From the NCBI GenBank assembly GCA_964390195.1, contig CAYMHO010000007.1, positions 2,565 to 66,564 on the forward strand: DNA of 64,000 nucleotides, given 5' to 3'. Source of the DNA: an uncultured Fimbriiglobus sp. GTDB lineage: Bacteria > Planctomycetota > Planctomycetia > Gemmatales > Gemmataceae. A model generated the notes under the pieces. It did not search any database and was not told the DNA's origin. It worked only from the letters and a program-made list of their open reading frames with translations. Positions 60,395 through 64,000 of the stretch are shown here, piece after piece. Position 1 is the stretch's first letter; each line of letters starts with the position of its first letter. Both the position numbers and the translations under genes were made by a program.

Positions 60395-60761
60395 GGGGTG
60401 GCTCGAACTGGGAAGGGCGTTCGGCAGGCGGGATGAGAGGAGCGTAACCGGGGGAAACGACTGGGTCAACGAAAAATGAAGCGGGTGAGCGCGCAGAAAA
60501 ATCCCGCCGAGTGCTTCCCTGGTGTCGCCCATTCACCAGAGCCGCCCCTCGACGGGACACCAGCAATTTACCCTCTGGCTCTGTCAGATGCAATGGTCCG
60601 TGTCGGGTTTCTCATCGAATAATCCACCACCCGCCGAAAATCCCGACAGATCGGGCATTCCGCTGGTCTGTGATGCACAATTCTCCCTCAAACCTGGGCT
60701 GGATTCCGAGACCTCTCCCGACTACACAACCGAACCTCTGACTGGCACTGAGGTTCGATCA

Positions 60762-61415
60762 ATGCGAACGACCAGCCTGACGATCCTGGCCCTTGTGGTG
60801 TGCGCCCCACCTACCTCGGCACAGTTTCTTTACCTGGTTCCTGATGTTTCCCCCGCCGAACAATTCTTCCTGATTTTCAACTCAGGTCCATTGACAGGGG
60901 TCAAGCCGGACGGCGAAAAGCTCGCTGTTCGCACCGTCACGGCGGTCGAGGTGGATGGCAAACGGTCGGCCGTCCCGCTGACGACGGACAATACGAGCGG
61001 GCCGGTCGTCAAGACCTCAGCGACCACCCTGTTCGCCTCGGTCGATTCCGGCGTGTCCAACCGCGGGGAAGGGCGGACGGTGCTGCTGCGGTACCACGCG
61101 AAGTGTCAGCCGGCCGGCGGAAAGGAACTTGGGCTGCCGCTGGAGGTGACGCCGAAGGCGGTGACCGGTGGGGTGGCGTTCGCGGTGACGGCGGGGGGCA
61201 AGCCCCTCGGGAACGGGTCGGTACTGTTGCACGAACCGGGCGACACCGACCCGCGGGCGGTGACGACCGACGCGAACGGCCTGACGCCGACGTACAGCAA
61301 GGCGGGGCGGTACGCGGTGCGGGTGGGGCGGTTCGAGAATGCGAAGGGCGAACTCGACGGGAAGGCGTACTCCGGCGTGTGGGAGTACAGCACGCTCGTC
61401 ACGATGGTGAAGTGA
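60762..61415 (+). CDS. secreted hypothetical protein (DUF4198-like, tentative)
   Basis: Signal peptide MRTTSLTILALVVCAPPTSA. 217 aa, beta-rich. Confidence 0.55.
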   Translation: MRTTSLTILALVVCAPPTSAQFLYLVPDVSPAEQFFLIFNSGPLTGVKPDGEKLAVRTVTAVEVDGKRSAVPLTTDNTSGPVVKTSATTLFASVDSGVSNRGEGRTVLLRYHAKCQPAGGKELGLPLEVTPKAVTGGVAFAVTAGGKPLGNGSVLLHEPGDTDPRAVTTDANGLTPTYSKAGRYAVRVGRFENAKGELDGKAYSGVWEYSTLVTMVK

Positions 61416-61420
61416 GGCGG

Positions 61421-61455
61421 GCGGGCGGCGGTTCGCCACTCGATTCGCCGCCCGC
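61421..61455. terminator. bidirectional hairpin between convergent genes
   Basis: gcgggcggcg (61421-61430) pairs with cgccgcccgc (61446-61455). Confidence 0.5.
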
Positions 61456-61463
61456 TCAAGGTG

Positions 61464-62975
61464 TCACACCTTCGCCAGTTCCTCGTCCACCAGCCGCCGC
61501 ACCACGTCGTTCGGGGCACCCTTGTTCGCCTTCATCACCGCCCCGACGATGGCCATCTTCGCCGCGTCCTTGCCCGCCTTGAAGTCGGCCACCGCCTTCG
61601 GGTTCTTGCCGATGGCCTCCACCACCGCCGCCCGCAGCGCCCCCTCGTCGGCCTCCTTGATGCCCGCGTCGGTCTTCGCGTCGGCCAGGCTCACACCCTT
61701 TTCGAGCATGATCTTGAACACCGCCGTGCGGTCCATCTTCGACAAACTCGCGGTGCCTTTGAGGAAGTCGGCGAAGGCGTCGGCCTTCATCGGCAAGGCG
61801 TCGATCTCCTCGTTCCGCTCGGTGAGGGCGGGGTACACCAGATCGCTCAGCCGGTTGGCCGCCGCCTTGCCGTCGCCACTGGCTTTCGCCACGGCCTCGA
61901 AATACGCCACCATCGCCCGCCCCTTCGCGGTCAACACCTCGGCGTCGTAGGGGGACAGGCCGTACTGCGTCTCCAACCGTGCCCGCTGGGCCTGGGGCAG
62001 TTCGCCCATCTCGGCTTTCACCTGCTCGATCTGTTCCGGCGTCACCACCACCGGCACGAGGTCCGGTTCGGGGAAGTAGCGGTAGTCGGCGGCTTCTTCC
62101 TTGCGGCGCTGCACGACGGTCTTGCCGCGGGGGTCGTCCCACCCAGCAGTCTGCTTCAACCACTTGCCGAAGCGGTAGCCGGCGGGGTCTTTCTGGAACT
62201 CCTCGAACTGCCGCTGCGCTTCGTAAGTGATCGCCCGGCCCACCCCGCGGAAGCTGTTCAGGTTCTTCACTTCGGTCAGCGGGGTGGCAGCGTACCCCTT
62301 CGGCTCGTCGGCTTTGGGAATGTGGATATTCACGTTCGCGTCGCACCGCAGGCTGCCCTCCTGCATCTCGCAGTCGGACACCTTCAGTTCCCGCAGCATC
62401 AGCCGCAGTTCTTCCAGGTACGCGATCGCTTCCTCCGGGCTGTTCATGTCCGGGTGCGACACGATCTCGAGCAGCGGCGTGCCGGTGCGGTTCAGGTCCA
62501 CGCGGGTGTCCCCGCCGCGGCCGCTCTCGTCGTGGATGTTCTTGCCGGCGTCCTCTTCCAGGTGGGCGCGGATGATGCCCACCCGCTTGGCCGTGTGCCC
62601 CTTCTTCGGGTCCGGGTGGACGTTGATGTCCAGGAACCCGTCGTGGCTGAACGGCAGGTCGTACTGGCTGATCTGGTAGTTCTTCGGCAGGTCGGGGTAG
62701 TAGTAGTTCTTGCGGTCCCACTTGGTGAAGCCGGGGGCGTACCCCTTGTGCGTGGCGATCTGGCAGTTCAGAGCCAGCGCCGCCTTCAGCGCCAGGTGGA
62801 AGGCCTGCTTGTTCATCACCGGCAAGGAACCGGGCAGCCCCAGGCACACCGGGCACGTCGCCGTGTTCGGCGCCTGCCCGAACTGGTTCTTGCACCCGCA
62901 GAACAGCTTCGTTTTCGTCAGCAGTTGGACGTGAACTTCCAGCCCGATGACGATCTTGTACGGCAGGTTCGGCAT
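61464..62975 (-). CDS. gatB: Asp-tRNA(Asn)/Glu-tRNA(Gln) amidotransferase subunit B
   Basis: Start at MPNLPYKIVIGLEVHVQLLTKTKLFCGC. CPVCLGLPGSLPV. C-terminal YqeY-like tail. Confidence 0.92.
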   Translation of the reverse strand: MPNLPYKIVIGLEVHVQLLTKTKLFCGCKNQFGQAPNTATCPVCLGLPGSLPVMNKQAFHLALKAALALNCQIATHKGYAPGFTKWDRKNYYYPDLPKNYQISQYDLPFSHDGFLDINVHPDPKKGHTAKRVGIIRAHLEEDAGKNIHDESGRGGDTRVDLNRTGTPLLEIVSHPDMNSPEEAIAYLEELRLMLRELKVSDCEMQEGSLRCDANVNIHIPKADEPKGYAATPLTEVKNLNSFRGVGRAITYEAQRQFEEFQKDPAGYRFGKWLKQTAGWDDPRGKTVVQRRKEEAADYRYFPEPDLVPVVVTPEQIEQVKAEMGELPQAQRARLETQYGLSPYDAEVLTAKGRAMVAYFEAVAKASGDGKAAANRLSDLVYPALTERNEEIDALPMKADAFADFLKGTASLSKMDRTAVFKIMLEKGVSLADAKTDAGIKEADEGALRAAVVEAIGKNPKAVADFKAGKDAAKMAIVGAVMKANKGAPNDVVRRLVDEELAKV

Positions 62976-63186
62976 GACGGCTCCGATCCAGAGAGGCCGA
63001 GAGGATTCGTGAATTGTACAGACCGACGGTGGGTTGGGTCTCGGTGGCTCAAAGTGAACATTAGTCCAAAACTCCGACGCGGGGCCGGGCAAGGGGATCA
63101 AGAAGACCAAGGGGATCAAGAATCACACACACACACCCGTCGGACTTCTTGACACGTCGTCCGACCGGTGGGCGTAAACTTCCCCC

Positions 63187-63642
63187 ATGCCGACCATCTA
63201 CATCGACGCCGACGCCTGCCCGGTGAAGCCCGAGACCTACCGCGTGGCGGTGCGGCACGGCGTGCCGGTCGTGGTGGTGGCGAACAACACCATGATGGTC
63301 CCCGACAACCCGCTCATCTCGATGGTCGCCGTCACCGGGTTCGGGGCGGCCGACGACTGGATCGCGGCCCAGTGCAAACCGGGCGACCTGTGCGTCACGT
63401 CCGACATCCCGCTCGCCGCCCGCGTGGTCGCCGCCGGCGGGATCAACCTCCATCCCAAAGGGCGTGTGCTGGACGACGCGAGCATCGGCGAGGCGCTGGG
63501 GATGCGCGACCTGATGGAGGGGTTGCGGGAGGCCGGCACCGCCACCGGCGGGCCGAGCGGGATGACGCCGAAGGACCGCTCGAAGTTCCTGAGCGAACTG
63601 GACCGGCTGGTGGTGCTGGTGAAGCGGAAGTACTCGTCGTAG
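63187..63642 (+). CDS. yaiI: YaiI/YqxD family protein (UPF0178)
   Basis: MPTIYIDADACPVK...VVVVAN...ADDWI...GDLCVTSDIPLAA, 151 aa. Confidence 0.85.
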   Translation: MPTIYIDADACPVKPETYRVAVRHGVPVVVVANNTMMVPDNPLISMVAVTGFGAADDWIAAQCKPGDLCVTSDIPLAARVVAAGGINLHPKGRVLDDASIGEALGMRDLMEGLREAGTATGGPSGMTPKDRSKFLSELDRLVVLVKRKYSS

Positions 63643-63651
63643 AGCGGGCAA

Positions 63652-64000
63652 TCACGCACCCCGCCGCAGCAACACCAGCACACGGTAGAGAAGGATGCAC
63701 ACGACAGTGAGCAGCACGGCGAGCGGCAGGCCGAGGATGAATGCTGAGGCCTTGATGGTGTTACCGGCCGTGTTGTAGGCGGCAGCACGCACTGGCTTTT
63801 GGCGTTCGTTCCACTCGTCCCATTCCTGCTCGGGTGCGTCGGGAGGTGGGCGGGTCTCTTGCCCCGCTTTCATGGCCGCGCTGGAATAGAGGACGGTCGT
63901 TGTTGCCGGTTGGCAGAGGCAGAACCCGAACATGACGAAGGCGAGGGTGAACAGGCTCAACCCGAGTGCCCACCGGACCGCCCGGAACAGCCGCTGACGG
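63652..64000 (-). CDS. membrane protein of unknown function (partial; frame stays open to the window end)
   Basis: The ORF frame has no stop between 63960 and 64000. TM segments LFTLAFVMFGFCLC and FILGLPLAVLLTVVCILLY. Confidence 0.5.
   Translation of the reverse strand, partial: RQRLFRAVRWALGLSLFTLAFVMFGFCLCQPATTTVLYSSAAMKAGQETRPPPDAPEQEWDEWNERQKPVRAAAYNTAGNTIKASAFILGLPLAVLLTVVCILLYRVLVLLRRGA

Noticed and set aside
60395-60761. Riboswitch (for example cobalamin or nickel-related) in the 367-nt leader of the DUF4198-like gene
   Set aside because: I found no B12-box or other recognisable riboswitch core by eye. Only short local hairpins are present. A covariance-model scan would be needed.
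61464-63119. N-terminal extension of gatB to 63119
   Set aside because: The extension is translated from the direct-repeat and microsatellite region (giving the LIPL repeats). Canonical GatB begins at MPNLPYKIVIGLEVH (62975).

Overview
High-GC chromosomal segment. Its gene content looks typical of Planctomycetota (Gemmataceae-like): DUF1501, a PVC-type heme-binding dehydrogenase, DUF1570, FG-GAP, ECF sigma, Ser/Thr kinases and S46/M16 peptidases. I call about 60 protein-coding genes and found no rRNA, tRNA or CRISPR array. Recognisable housekeeping genes are pdxJ, gatB, yebC-family and yaiI-family.

The main structural feature is a comM/yifB gene split into a 5' fragment (7011-7706) and a 3' fragment (22799-23293) by a ~15.1 kb mosaic island with no recognisable integrase. 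The island contains:
- a truncated Ser/Thr kinase
- an AT-richer cassette encoding a 2-TM protein
- a phage morphogenesis remnant: large terminase, tail-fibre-like protein, a portal-C39-MuF fusion and an HK97 prohead protease, but no capsid or tail genes
- an AT-richer module with a PRTase-domain protein, a ricin-type lectin and a Cys-rich secreted protein
- a 40-aa hydrophobic peptide gene at the right edge

Outside the island, the most unusual feature is a set of very long (26-46 bp), near-perfect intergenic hairpins. One related inverted repeat encloses a four-helix-bundle (23S rRNA IVS-protein family) gene, and its arms share a 14-nt motif with an empty hairpin 20 kb away. Other points of interest are three tandem paralogous secreted-protein genes, an ECF sigma domain with a long N-terminal extension, an orphan antitoxin-like gene, and a direct-repeat plus (CA)6 microsatellite promoter region.

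All functional calls come from motif recognition by eye on the supplied translations. No database search was run, and GC statements are visual estimates.
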